64,000 nt of DNA from Paraspadella gotoi. Its lineage: Eukaryota; Animalia; Chaetognatha. The notes below the pieces were generated by a model. That model did no database searches. It was given only the letters and a program-made list of their open reading frames with translations, and was not told where the DNA came from. Positions 36,201 to 49,600 of the stretch are shown here, one piece after another; position 1 is the first letter of the stretch, and every line of letters begins with the position of its first letter. Made by a program: the position numbers and the translations under genes. The DNA lies in contig CM119266.1 of the NCBI GenBank assembly GCA_051294375.1, positions 10,720,995 to 10,784,994 of the forward strand, in the 5' to 3' direction.

Positions 36201-38084
36201 NNNNNNNNNNNNNNNNNNNNNNNNNNNNNNNNNNNNNNNNNNNNNNNNNNNNNNNNNNNNNNNNNNNNNNNNNNNNNNNNNNNNNNNNNNNNNNNNNNNN
36301 TCTAAACGATTTTTTTATATATTTTTCCCCCGAGGACGCGAACGAGCGAAATCGAAAATCTTTTTTTCCCTTTCCCATGACGAAATAAATTGGTGACGAT
36401 TGAATTTGTCGCAGCAAAAGTCAACTTAAAAAAAAAAAAAAAAAAAAATTATATCCGCTCCGTCTCTAGTTTCCCTTTCTAAAGCAAACAACGGATCAAA
36501 CCTTTCTCCCCCTCCAGCCGGAGGTATCTTGAGAAACTTTTTTCGCCTCCCCCCTTGGCTTCGTTTAGTTTCACATGACAAACAAAATTATAAAAAAAAA
36601 CAAAAAACAAACAAGAAAACGACTTTTTTTATGAAAATTCTAACGTCGATCGTTTTCATTTTCGCAGATTCCCAACTCGGAGCGAATTTCGCCCTTCGGT
36701 CCCCTCCGGATGTGAGAGGATTCTAAAGTCGAAAGAAGAAAAATTCTCCGGATGAAATTGGACACTGGCAAAAAGGGGAAAAAAAACTGCTCAGTGCTCA
36801 CACGGAGACGCACACACACACAGTCACACACAGTCACTCACACACAAAAAGGGATATTTTTACGGAGAAAAAGTTGCAGTTGGGTTCGAAGCATCGCGGG
36901 ATTGGTTTAAAACGAGATTTGAATCAAGGATAAAAAAAAAAAATCTTTAGAAGTTTAACTTTTTAAAAGCGAATTTAATCAGCCGATTTTGACTTAGAAA
37001 CGAAAGGAAAACCATTTACGAGGTTGTCTCCTCGCCCTTTTACTGATAACCGAGCACAATGCGATCTGAGAACGAATGAGAAAAGCGACTAACGAGGACA
37101 AATGAGAATCGTCAACGTTATTAGTCGTAAAATTGTTGGACAATGCGTATGGATTAAGCTTTAAAGGCCGGTCGGCCGTTCAAAGCCTCGACGGTGGCAG
37201 AAAATGTCTTTCGCAAAGAAGAAGAGAAAAAAAGAGTAAAGAAAGATGAAAGGATCTTAAGCGAAGAAAAGAGAAAACGGGCCTCAGGGGACACAACTGA
37301 TTTCGCCGCCGCAGAATGCGACGGCAACGAGCGTGGCGGAGTCAGAATGATACGGCCGTGGTAGAGAGGACGAGAACAGTGGCAGAATACTACGGCAACC
37401 ATCGTGGTGGAGACAACGACGACGATGATGACAATGATGACGAAGGAATGCGCCTTTGCTGGGACATTTTAAAAAATAAATGGTTTGAAAAAACGGTCAA
37501 CATTTTCAATAAATGGTATCAAATACATTAAAAAAAGTTTACTTCAATCTTATCTTATTTCTCTAACTTATTGTTTCTTAACTTCTATTTATTTTTCTAA
37601 ACAATTATTATACATTATTTGGTTTTTATGGCTTTTACATCTACTTTACGTACAGCTTAACTAAACTTTTTATCTTTATACCTTCTTAAAACTAAAGACC
37701 TCACTTTCTCAACATAGCGATCCACACCGAAACCTTTTAACTAGACTATTAACTAAACTATTAACTAAAACCTTCCACCCATGTCTTAGTCTTTCTATCC
37801 CATCCAGCGTAACCTCGTTGAAAGCCATCATCCTCTCCACCTCTTCTTNNNNNNNNNNNNNNNNNNNNNNNNNTCTTGGTTCTACCCATCGCCCCCAACT
37901 CACCTAGCATCCCGGCCCGGCACTGCCCCCCCCTCTCTCTCCCCTCCCCCACGCCCCCCCCTCAGAGGCCGAAATGAAATCCGGGTCTTCGCGTGTGACA
38001 AATCCTTCCATATTGGGAAACAAGTTCATTTCGACGTCGGCTGGCGGAAACGAGAAAGTGAAAACCGGAACGCTCGGCGCTCGC

Positions 38085-38895
38085 GTTCGGTGCCGCCGCG
38101 CGCGGCGCTTGCCGGCGCTGGCGTTCGCGGAGCTCGTCCCGGCGTCGGAGCCCATTCCCTGCAACGATGCGCAGGGGAATCGGGTGAGGGGCGTGTCGGT
38201 GGGCGAGATCTCAAATTAGACCGCCTCCTGGTGAACACTTTTTTTTTATTCTTCTTAAAAGTGGATTGTAAAATTTACCACAAAATCCTTGACTGAAATT
38301 CCGTAAGTTTGCAACTTATGGATTATTAAAAACAATCCTTCGGGTTTGACGGAGCTATATTTAAAAATGGAGATTTTTTCTTACGCCCCATGATTTTTAT
38401 CAGACTTAAATAACGGCGCTTTTTTTTAGTTTATTTTATAAATTGATAGTCTTGTCGAATTATTTAGGTTCCCATCCCTTTCTAATACAATGTTTATCTC
38501 TCCTTTGGGTTCGGCGCCGCGGCGGCGCTTGCGGCGCTGGCGTCGGAGCTCGTCCCGGGTCGGAGCCCATTTCCCTGCAACGATGCGCAGGGGAATCGGA
38601 GGGGGGGGGGAACGAAGGCGGCGGCGGCGGTGGCGAATTCTCAAATTAGACCGGTGAACACTTTTTTTTTTATCTCTAAAGTGGATGTAAAATTTACCAC
38701 AAATCCTGACTGAAATTCCGTTAAGTGCAACTTATGGATTAATTAAAAACAATCCTCGGTTGCGGAGTAATTTAAAAATGGAGATTTTTTTTACGCATGA
38801 TTTTTATCAGACTAAATAAGGCTTTTTTTAGTTTATTATAAATTGATAGTCTTGTACGAATTATTTAGTCCCATCCCTTTCTAATACAATGTTAA
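38085..38895. repeat. Local duplication of about 400 bp (38085-38490 versus 38505-38895), probable artefact
   Basis: Two consecutive copies differing by indels, lying between N gaps. Confidence 0.7.
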
Positions 38896-39000
38896 AACTC
38901 TTACTCCACCTATTATATTTATTTAAAAAATCACAGATTGAAATAACAACAAACAGGAAAATCGCCTTTACTCACTGCGCCCTCACAGTTCTTCCGACGA

Positions 39001-39038
<38 letters not shown>

Positions 39039-39866
39039 NNNNNNNNNNNNNNNNNNNNNNNNNNNNNNNNNNNNNNNNNNNNNNNNNNNNNNNNNNNNNN
39101 NNNNNNNNNNNNNNNNNNNNNNNNNNNNNNNNNNNNNNNNNNNNNNNNNNNNNNNNNNNNNNNNNNNNNNNNNNNNNNNNNNNNNNNNNNNNNNNNNNNN
39201 NNNNNNNNNNNNNNNNNNNNNNNNNNNNNNNNNNNNNNNNNNNNNNNNNNNNNNNNNNNNNNNNNNNNNNNNNNNNNNNNNNNNNCTGGCTACCCCAATG
39301 GCTCGCACCAATCCCGATGCCAACAACGATGCTCTATTTCCATACTTTCTTTTATGGAAAGTTCTGCTATAGATTAATTATAGATATATTTTATATTACA
39401 TAGAGATTATTGTACATTTAAGTATTATACATACATTAGAACTGTAATATGTATGTAAAATTAAGCACGCAAAGCTCGAGCTTACCTTTTATCTTCTTTT
39501 TGGTTTAAAAACCTAAATAACCTGAGTACCTTGTGCCCAAAAAGAAATCTTTTACTAAAGTATGAATAAAAAAAATGTATATATATTCTCAGGAAAATTA
39601 AAAATAAAAAAAGGGTTTATTGACTAACGAGGCGAAATATCTGAAGAGACGACTGACTTCGATTCGAACCTATAATCTTCTTTCCAGGAATTTTCTTTCT
39701 TTTTTCTCTCATTTTCATTTTTATACAGTTTTACATTTTTTTCGGTTTTTTTTCTCAGTCACTTTTTGCTACTCCTTTTATTTATAGTATTATATAGTTT
39801 GATAGTATTTGCGGTTTCTTAGTAAGTTTTTCTATCTTTCAGTAACTCTTTCTTTCTTTATTTTTT

Positions 39867-39922
<56 letters not shown>

Positions 39923-40179
39923 TCGTTCTTTCTTATTATTCGATCATTCATTTTCGTATTTCATATCCTTCTTAACACTTTTTTTTTCCACACCGTCCAC
40001 ACTGTCTTTAAATCTACTTCTTATTTCTTTCTTTTTCTTTCATTCAACATTTTTTTCTTTTTTTTTTCGATCTTCATCATCCGTTCTCCGTCCCGGCCTT
40101 GCCCTCAGTGAAAGGGGGTGTGAAATTCTGTTTCTTTGATTCGAGTCGAGACGCCACTCAATCCGAATGCGCCTCTTCA

Positions 40180-40215
<36 letters not shown>

Positions 40216-41797
40216 TTTCTTTCGTTTCTTCTGCTTTTCTTTATCATTTCTTTTCCCTTTCTCCTTTCCTTTCTTTCCTTTATTTTTTTCTTAATAATTA
40301 TCTTTTTATATTCTTCCTTTTTTTCAATTTTCTTCTCTTTTTTTTTCTTCCGTTGATCTCCCGTCTTTCTGGTCTTTTCTTTCCTTGTCTATAGTCTGTT
40401 CTTTCCTTTCTTCTTTCATTTCTTTCTTTCTCTCTTTTCTTTCTTTCTTTTTTCTTTCTTTTCTTTTCCGTTTTACGGCTTTTTTTTTTCTTTCGTTTTT
40501 TCTCTTTCTCTCTTTGGTTATTTTGTCGTCTTTCTTCGGTAATTTTTTATTTGTTTTTATTTTTTTTTATAAATTTTTAAGTTTTTAAATAAAAAATTTC
40601 TTTTCTTTTTTTTTTTTTTTCTTTCTTTATTTTTTAAATACTTTTTTTTGTTCAATCCTTCATTTCCTCAGAACGCGAGGACGTCAAAAAGAATTTACGA
40701 AGGAAATAAATAGGGGAGCGGTCAGAAAAGAGGTGGTATGAGATAGGAAAACAGGGAGGACAAGAAAAAAGGAAAAGAGAAGACGAGAAGATGAAAAGCA
40801 AGATAAATATTATAGTACGGCTACAGAGAAAATAAATAGAAAAATGAAAAATTACATTTTTTTGCAAAAACCATCATTTTCTTTTACTCCACACACCTGT
40901 ATTTTTAATCAAAAGAGTGATTCAATACAGGAGAAAAATAAAATCACAAACAAAAAAACCAACATCAAAAAACAACGTGTCGCAAACAAAAGAAATAAAA
41001 GGCACGCGAGGGCGGATAGTTGATAAACCAGTAAGCGACACTGCCCGTTCAACGCAAGCATGCGTTAGAAAGAAACGTGAAAGACCGGGCGCGCCGTTTT
41101 GTTTTTTTTTTCTGAATTGGAAAATAATATTAAGACTTCCTGGGTCCAGACCTCTCTCTCTCATCTCTCTCTGCCTTCTCTCTCATCTCCCTCTCTCCTC
41201 TCGTCTCTCTTCGTCTCTCATCTCTCTCTCTCGATCGTCTCTCCCCTCCACTTCACCTCCCAGTAATATTCGTTTTTTTCCAGCGAAGCTAAGAAGTTTC
41301 CCCTCAACAAGAGAGGCAATGAGGCGAATTGTTTCGATATTAAGGAACTATTCTTTTTTTTTTTTTTTTCTTTTTTTTCTGTTCCAATATATAAGTTTTT
41401 TTTATTTTCGAGGCAAGCAATTCCCCTNNNNNNNNNNNNNNNNNNNNNNNNNGCTATAAATTTCCCTCAACAAGAGAGGCAATGAAGCGAATTTCATTTA
41501 AGGACTAATTTCTTTTTTTCTATATAATTTTTTTCGGCACAATTCCTGCCCCCCTTCCTCCGCTCCCCCCCCCCAAATAAAGAGGGGGGATGTGGGTAAT
41601 GCCGGTCGGATTCTCTCGGCCGACGATTGGCCGAGATACGAAAGCCGGCGAACAAACAAAAGAAGAAAGAGAGAGAGAGAGAGAAAGAAAGAAAAAAAAG
41701 AAGCGGGGATGTTTTTCTTGCGCTGCTATCATTCCCTTATTGTTGAATTTCAAAAGTTTCGCTATACGAGAACTCGCGAACTCGGGGAGGGTAAACT

Positions 41798-41923
<126 letters not shown>

Positions 41924-42194
41924 AGAGCGTCGGGCGCCTATTTTTAAACAGTTAACCCGAGTGGTTCCAATGAAATTTACATCGCAATCGAGTTTCATCG
42001 GTGATTCTGCGTTAGGAATCGACATCAAAACGAAAAAAGAGAGAAAGAAAGAATCTCGAGTTTCCAAAATCTGACGCGGCATTTTCTTTTTTTCTTTTTC
42101 GTTTCCACTTTTTTTTGCAGGAAAAAAAAAACTGCCACTGCATTCACGCAGACCGCTTCTAGACGCATCTCACAAACGTCAGCCACATCTCTCT

Positions 42195-42276
<82 letters not shown>

Positions 42277-42544
42277 ATTTTTTCAGTCAATTTTTCCTTA
42301 ATTTTCTGTTAAAAAGCAAAAAAAAAAGTGTGTTAGCAACACGTTCATTTTTGACGGGATATAATGTGCATTAATGATTTTTTTTTACATAGGATTCTCT
42401 TTAATATTTCAGATGCACTTTATATACTTTCAATTCTTCATCCTCTTCTCTTCCCGCTACTTCTTTGCTTCTTCCTTCTCCTCCTCCTCCTCCTCCTCCT
42501 CCTTCTCACCCCACTACCTTTCGGATCTCGCCCTACCTTGTTTC

Positions 42545-42645
<101 letters not shown>

Positions 42646-43118
42646 TTTTACTGGGATTCATTCTCTCTCTTCTCCCGTTGAATCTTTTTTTTTTTTTTTA
42701 AGCCAAAACGATTCTTTACCCAAGTAGAAAAAAAAAGGACAAATTCGTTCTCCCTTCGTCGAGAGAAAAAAAAAACCCAGACGGCAAGAAATTAATTTGG
42801 AGTAACAAACAAACTGGATCTAAGTTTAAATCATTACATCGTTGTATGCATATATATAAAAAAAAAAAGGATCGGGACCAATGCCTAGTTTTTTGGGGGC
42901 CGTTGAAAGAAGAGAACAAACACATTGTAAGAGGATTAAGACATGCCTATTGGCAGCGGAGCGCGGTTTACTTTGTTGCCGTCTTTAAAAATTCAATTTC
43001 GATTCAACCCTTCGTCGCTCAATGCGCCTTGAAAACAAAACGGCTCTTCCCATCGACCGAAGCTTCACTACTAGCGCCTTCTTCCTCGCCGCTTTGAACG
43101 CCATCTTGTTTACGTCTC

Positions 43119-43204
43119 TCGGCCTCGTTTTGATTGTTGCTCAGAAAGCCAATCGAGTCGGTCTTTTGACGACGGCTTTCGGAGAACTATCAAAGTAAGG
43201 CTGA
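43119..43204 (+). ncRNA. mir-315: microRNA precursor mir-315
   Basis: 43128-43150 TTTTGATTGTTGCTCAGAAAGCC matches the conserved mature miR-315-5p as I recall it. It pairs with GGCTTTCGGAGAACTATCAAAG (43174-43195) with two mismatches and one bulge. Lower stem TCGGCCT/AGGCTGA, 23-nt loop region, and a CNNC motif (CATC, 43215-43218) 18 nt after the predicted Drosha cut. Confidence 0.95.
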
Positions 43205-44946
43205 TGGGAAATATCATCGTGATGTCGGAGACAATCGGAGTCGGAGTTTCAAGAAAATTGAAAACGGTTCATCACGATTCACGAACCCTATTAAATGTAT
43301 TTATATAATAATTTTTTTATATTTCATCTGTTTCTGATTTTTTTCTTCTTTTAATTTGTATGACTGTTTTTAATACTGTTTTAATGTTGTTTATTATACT
43401 TGTACACACTGTGGGTCTTGATCTAGGCATAATTTTATTTTAGTATCAAGCTATACCGTGCGGATAAATATTTGTACCTACAGAGAAAATAAATGAAAAA
43501 TGAAAAATTACATTTTTTTCAAAAACCTCTTTTTCTTTTACTCCACACACCTGTATTTTTAATCAAAAAGAGTGAATTCAATTAATAAAAAGTTAAATAA
43601 CAAATAAGTAAGTTAATCTTTTATCTTTGTATTTAAAGCCTCATAAGTCACTGAAAATTTGACTTGACTTTAATATTTTCCAACACGATAACTGCCATAG
43701 CCTAGAATAATATTAATTTATTTTTTCGTAAGAATTTTCGCTGATTATGTTTGGTTTAAATTAAACTTGTAATTTTACTCTGATGCTGACATTGACTTTT
43801 GGGATATTTACAAATACCAAACACTTTTATTTCAATTAAATTTTATGTTATTCATTGTGATTGAAACCATTGCGAATTTTTTAATGTAAATACTTTTTGA
43901 TAATTTAAACTTTTACAATAAATTTATTTTGGTATACTAGAGCTTTCCTATTTTTATTTTTTGTTAGTTTATTAGAACGTTAGACGTAATTTAATTTAGC
44001 TACTGAGCCCGAACAAACTAGAAACGATAACAAGGAAACACTATCATTTTGTGAACTTTTTTTCACGTTGTGGGCACGTAAAAATTGACGCTTTAAAAGT
44101 TTAGATTCGAAACAAGAATAAGGAAAAAATGAATATTTTGTTACAAATTATAAAATCCGTTAAACTTAATGATGCTAGTCATTAAATATGAACGTACTAT
44201 TGACCTATAATATGGAAGTACTACTATCATTCACTTGCAAATCTACTCGAGTAATTGAATGCTGATGAAAGATAAGTATAGAATCAGAACATTTTTTGAC
44301 GCTAAAATGGACAGAGGGCGCGTTAAATATATTCGTTAGTCAATGTTACACAATAAATAATAATAAATAAACAAAAAGCAAACAAAGAAAAACGAAATAA
44401 AGATAAGATATTATATTGGTTGTACCAATTTCATATTATCGCAACAAAACAACTCTCTGAAAAAATTTTGCTCTTTTGTTTTTTGCTTACTATCTGATGT
44501 CCAAAGGGGTCGTTTTAGTTTGACGGAATTCACATGTGAACAACGATGAAACTATTCGAGTAGTAAATGTATTTCCCAGAAATTTTAACATTAACTTTAT
44601 AAATTATAATATAATTATATAAGTATTTCTCAGAAGTACTCAATTTTTACAATAGGAATAAAGCGGAAGCCATAAATAAAAAATCGACCATAAACTGCTT
44701 ATTTTATAATTTTTTCATCTGTTCTATTGCGTATTATTAGGTAAATACTCTACATAATATCTATTTAAATTTATGTTTCTGTCTGTCCTTCTGAAATATC
44801 TAATGTTTTTCACCTTAGGTTTCTCTCGCTCAGATTTTTTTTTTCATAGATTGATTCATTTATTGATTCATTTATTAATTTAATATTTTTTTTATATTCG
44901 ACCTTTTTCTCCAGCAAACAAAATCCTCCAGCATCTCGCACCGAAA

Positions 44947-46682
44947 ATGCCAAGAAATCAAGACCCCGACACTTGCGCCTACGAAGGTTGCGTCAAGGGC
45001 GCGACGGGATCGAATCTATTGACCTGTTCCCGTTGCAAGTCGGTCAAATACTGCGACCGAGAGTGTCAGAGTCAAGATTGGAAAAAAGGGCACAAAAAGG
45101 CTTGTCAGCCGTGTCGAATCCAATCTGTCTTCGACAATGTATTTACGAAACAGATTTTCCCTTTCGACGAGGAATACAAGCGAATTTATCCAGAAGACGA
45201 GAGACTCCATAATGTTTTGTCAGAACGTCTCCTCAAAATTAATCTCCTTTTACCCATCTATTACATGATGACGAATGCGCAAATCGATTCCATACGGCTA
45301 ACGATTGGGCCGGAGAAGCGTTGGAAGAACCACCTCGACGATCCCGGTTTTGTAGAGTTCTTGGCAAACGGACCCGGCATCGGTGACGTTGGTCCCTGGG
45401 TTCTTCAACGATATTCGATCGCTGACAAGTTTCACACCATGCGGAACAATTTTATCGAAGAGATGCCGTTACGAATGGGAGAAACTATGATAATGATCGG
45501 ATTTCAGGATCTTCACCAACTGATAATGTCCTATATGGAGAAACCGCGGAAGGATGAACCGGTCGCTCCCTTCAAGCTCGTCGCAGTAGACATGTCGCTC
45601 ATCAGCGTCGCCAAGAGCCTCGTCGTTCATTCGATGATGATGGAAAACTGTCGCTCGAAAAGCGTCCTCCAAGTCATGTTTTCTTCCTTGTGGGAGAGAC
45701 AGACCTCGTCGGAGTTTCTTGCGTCTTGCGCTAAGATGGAAGCCAAGTACAGCGAAGATTCCAAAATCAAGTACATTTTCCGCGTGTGGTTGAACACGAA
45801 GCTCTCGCCGGAAAAGGCCGTTGTACTTTGGCAAACCAAGCAATCATTGGGCAACAGCGCCGTGATACCAATGCTCTTTCTAGCTCGCAAACAAGATCGC
45901 ATCGAATACGCTCGTTACCAGTCGACCGGTGCGGTTTTTTATTTCTCCAAGCTTAGCCGAGTCTGGGAACGTGACATCGATTGACATCGTCACTTATTGC
46001 TCGACTCGGTTCGAAGACGAGAATATCTATGACACCATCGCTCCTGGTCTCCGACTCGACGACGACGACTCAATCTTACAAGCCTTCGAACGCAAGATGA
46101 TCGACAAGGTGACCGCGACGAAGCGGCGCCTCATCGCCGGTCACGTGACCTGCGAATTCATTTGCGGCCAAGTTTCGTCCACCAACGAGCGACTGTTGAA
46201 CGATTTGAAGACGAAAGAGGCCGACGTCGTTCAATTGGTCCAACTGCCTCGACTACGTGGTGCCGGACGAGGCCTTCCAAGTCGCCCGGAGTTTTAGTCG
46301 CGAGGAAACGCGTCACGTCGCCATCTTCATGAACTGGAGAGGTTACGTGTTCGGCTCGACATTCGTAGATTACGATTCCACGGCGCCGCTCCTCCCACTG
46401 ATGGAAGATCATCAGCGAGAGTACAAGGCCGCCGCCGAGTCATTGAACGAGAGACTCCTGGCGACGGAAAAGGCGCCGCTTCTGATCGATTCCATCAATT
46501 CCCTTGATCGACAATTGGGGAAAAAGTTTTTTCAGAAATTTGTGACGACCTACTTTGACGAAGAGAGATTTCAAATAAATGAACTGAAGTATAGCGATTT
46601 TAGCGTTTTTGGTCGCGTTACGAATAGCTTTGAGGTCGAGTTTAAGTTGGCTAAGGGCCACAGTTCGAAGCTTGGTAACTAG
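44947..46682 (+). CDS. MYND-type zinc finger protein with DUF4470/methyltransferase-fold-like C-terminal region, about 577 aa once two +1 frameshifts are corrected
   Basis: N-terminal CAYEGC..CSRCKSVKYCDRECQSQDWKKGHKKAC is a MYND finger. IMIGFQDL and KLVAVDMSLISVAKSLV resemble the GxxDL and D..AR/K motifs of DUF4470 proteins; WSNCLDY and FMNW follow later. Three overlapping ORFs (44947-45984, 45929-46297, 46257-46682) are each shifted by +1, at the T6 run 45935-45940 and near 46230-46236. An acceptor at 44912-44914 suggests a 5' UTR intron. Confidence 0.85.
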
Positions 46683-49600
46683 AGCGCGAATGACCTCTTC
46701 TTATGTCAGTATGTATCATTACAGGATCAAGACTCGGGGAGAAATCTGCGAAATGAAATCAAACTCTCTGATTGGTCGAGACCCGAATGGAATCGTCCAA
46801 TAGGCGGATCGACTTCCATCCTGAAATCCCTGTATTATTCGTTGTAATCCGTTTTATTTCTTTGGCTTGGAAGTTGATCTACCAATTTTTCACTTTTTTA
46901 TTTTTGAATATTTCCTCTTTATTATAACAATGCTGAATCATATAATATTTAATTACGACGTTTTCAATAAAATTACATTCTAACTGCCTTTTAACTTTTT
47001 GTAACTCGCGGCGACAAGAGCGCGACTGTCCATTTTCTAGCTGTAACTGGAGGCGTTAATTTTTCCAACCATCAAACGAAATAATATCTTTTATTAATCC
47101 GTTAATATTTTGCCGTGTATACTTTAACAAAACTAAGAAGTGTTAGTAATTGCTTGTAAATTGTAATGAGTCGTTTGCAATTGGAAGAATTGGCTTTTAT
47201 GTACCTCATTGTTCGATGGATGAGTTATTAAATACAATCGACTTCATGACTATGTTTTTTTTAACCTTGTTGATTGATATTTTGATTTTGAATTCTTTGT
47301 CACCACTCACTATTATAACAATGTACTCTAATAATATTTCAGTATTATTTTTTTTACACAATTATATTCTATCTGCTTGATTTGTATCTGACTGGGAATT
47401 TTTAATCACAAATAAAGTCCTAAGTTTATGGTGAAAACCAATCATACTTTAATTTTATCCCTCGACACAGAGTACATCATGAAATACAATGATTGTAGAG
47501 AACAAAACTAAGTAGTGTAGTAACACATCTCTGATGAAATTTATGATTTATACTCAAGTATTAAATGACTCATACCGCATCTTTCTCAAATCAGCCAACA
47601 TTGTATAGAGCTTATTGCAAATACAAAGATAATACTATTTATTTAATAATTACTAGTAACATTTTATTGGCAAATCTTCGTGAATAAGTTAAATAGTTTG
47701 AAAAATGTGGATCGAATAAAGTAAAAAGTAACATTGTGCAGATGAAATTCAATGTTACAACAAGAAAAAAAATATATATCTTTACAGTTTATATGAGTGT
47801 AGCAAAGATCAAAATTAACTAGTTCCCGACTAATCGAATTTGAATACAACAAAAATCTCATTAATGGCATGAGCAGGAAGGATGGCAGATTCAGAAGCCA
47901 TCTACTACTTTGATTTCGGCGGTAGTCTTTTTCTAAAAATTAATAATAATATAATTTTTTTTTTAGAGATTTGTTTCTAATTGTGATACGGCTGATAAAA
48001 ATAAGAAGGAAAAAACTCTCTACGTATTACTTCATTCACCGATGATGATATGTATAGAATGTTCATTAATTATTAATCCTCTCTAAAGAAGACACTCGAC
48101 TAAGCGGATATTTTTTTTTACAAGTAATACAACACAAATATTTTTTTTCGCCTTACCAACGAAAAAAAAAAACGATAAAAATAAAAATAGTATATAATCT
48201 CAACATCGAAAAAAAAAATGTTTTAAAGAACAAATTTCGTGAACAACAAACATATTCGCCTGAACAGACAAAACTTTTTTTTAATAAGCGAAGAACTGTT
48301 TTTGTTTTGACTCGAAGAAGGAAGCCAACGTGTTTTCAAAAAAAAAAAAAGAAAAAAAATAGCGATTTTCAAGACTGCGAAGCGTCTGCAGATTAAAAAA
48401 AAAGAAAATATATTAAGCGACATTTTGAATAATTAAACGAACGAGTAATAATTATTACTTGAACTTCGCGGACTTGACTCACGAATATAAGAAAATAACT
48501 GAAGCACGATGCCTTACGTTGTTGAAGTTTACAATCTCAAAAGCAACAATATCAACAAGAAAAAAAAATTTGTTGAGATAATTCAGGAACCAATAAAAAA
48601 AAAATAGAAAAGGAAATAAGATTTGACGAGCAAACAAAACAGAGATTTTATTGTATTTTGAGTCTAATTTCTTTCTTATTTTTTAAATCTCATAATTTTT
48701 TATTTTTTTTAACGGAACTTACGTTTTATGCCTTGGAATAACTGAGATATAATGATTCAATGTAATAGGATACAAGCTTTAATTTTTTTTTGTCTACGGG
48801 TTTAAATAGAGCGAAGCACTTTAAAATACTACGTATACCTCTCAGAGTTATATCATAAGTAATAATATTTTCTTTAAAATATGGCTGCGTATAAAAACAG
48901 CTAGCGCGGCCGAGTCAGTAAAAGGAATGAAAATAGTAAATTTCTACTTTTTTTGGGCAGTAATATTTTAAAAGCATTCAGTGATACATGATATTTAAAA
49001 TCACGAGAAGAAAAGAAAATGGCGCGTGGCGGAGGAATACTGCCACGGAAAAAAATGGATATGTCTTTTTTTTTTAGTAATCATTCACCTATTGACATGT
49101 GAATATAACAGCGATCAATGAGAGAAGAAGGTTCATAGATTCTCTAACACATAAAGAGGGTTACATTTTTTTTTAAATTATGACCTTTTTTCGACGATCC
49201 TACACAGAGTGCGATTCATGACTCGGCGTGACGCCTCAACGTTTTGACGCGACACACAAAATCATGGAATAATTACAGTATCAAATCTAGTTTGTACAGT
49301 GCAATATATCTCTTGTTTTTATTTCAATACAACGCCAATGTGACACTTGTTTGCTTAAAAACTCGAATACCTACTCGCGAAAGAATAAGTGGCAAGAAAG
49401 AAAAATTATTTCTTACTAAATATATATATCAAATATCGTGCAGAATACTGTTTTAACTAATACGAACTTGAGTCAATACTTTCGAAATAATTTTGTTTTT
49501 TTTTTAACGTGTAAGATTGGCAAGATTTTTGGATGTAAAATCTATCAAGTACATGCTTTTGAGTATTTGTACTCAAACGGTGATACGTAACCTTTAAAAA

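Noticed and set aside
42985-43110. Minus-strand gene start at YY1-like CAAGATGGCG, with a + strand donor at 43195
   Set aside because: The ORF stops after about 40 codons with no homology, and the region is better explained as the flank and 3p arm of mir-315.
45929-46240. Programmed ribosomal frameshifting in the MYND gene
   Set aside because: No adjacent stop codon or evident stimulatory structure; insertion errors are common in this assembly.
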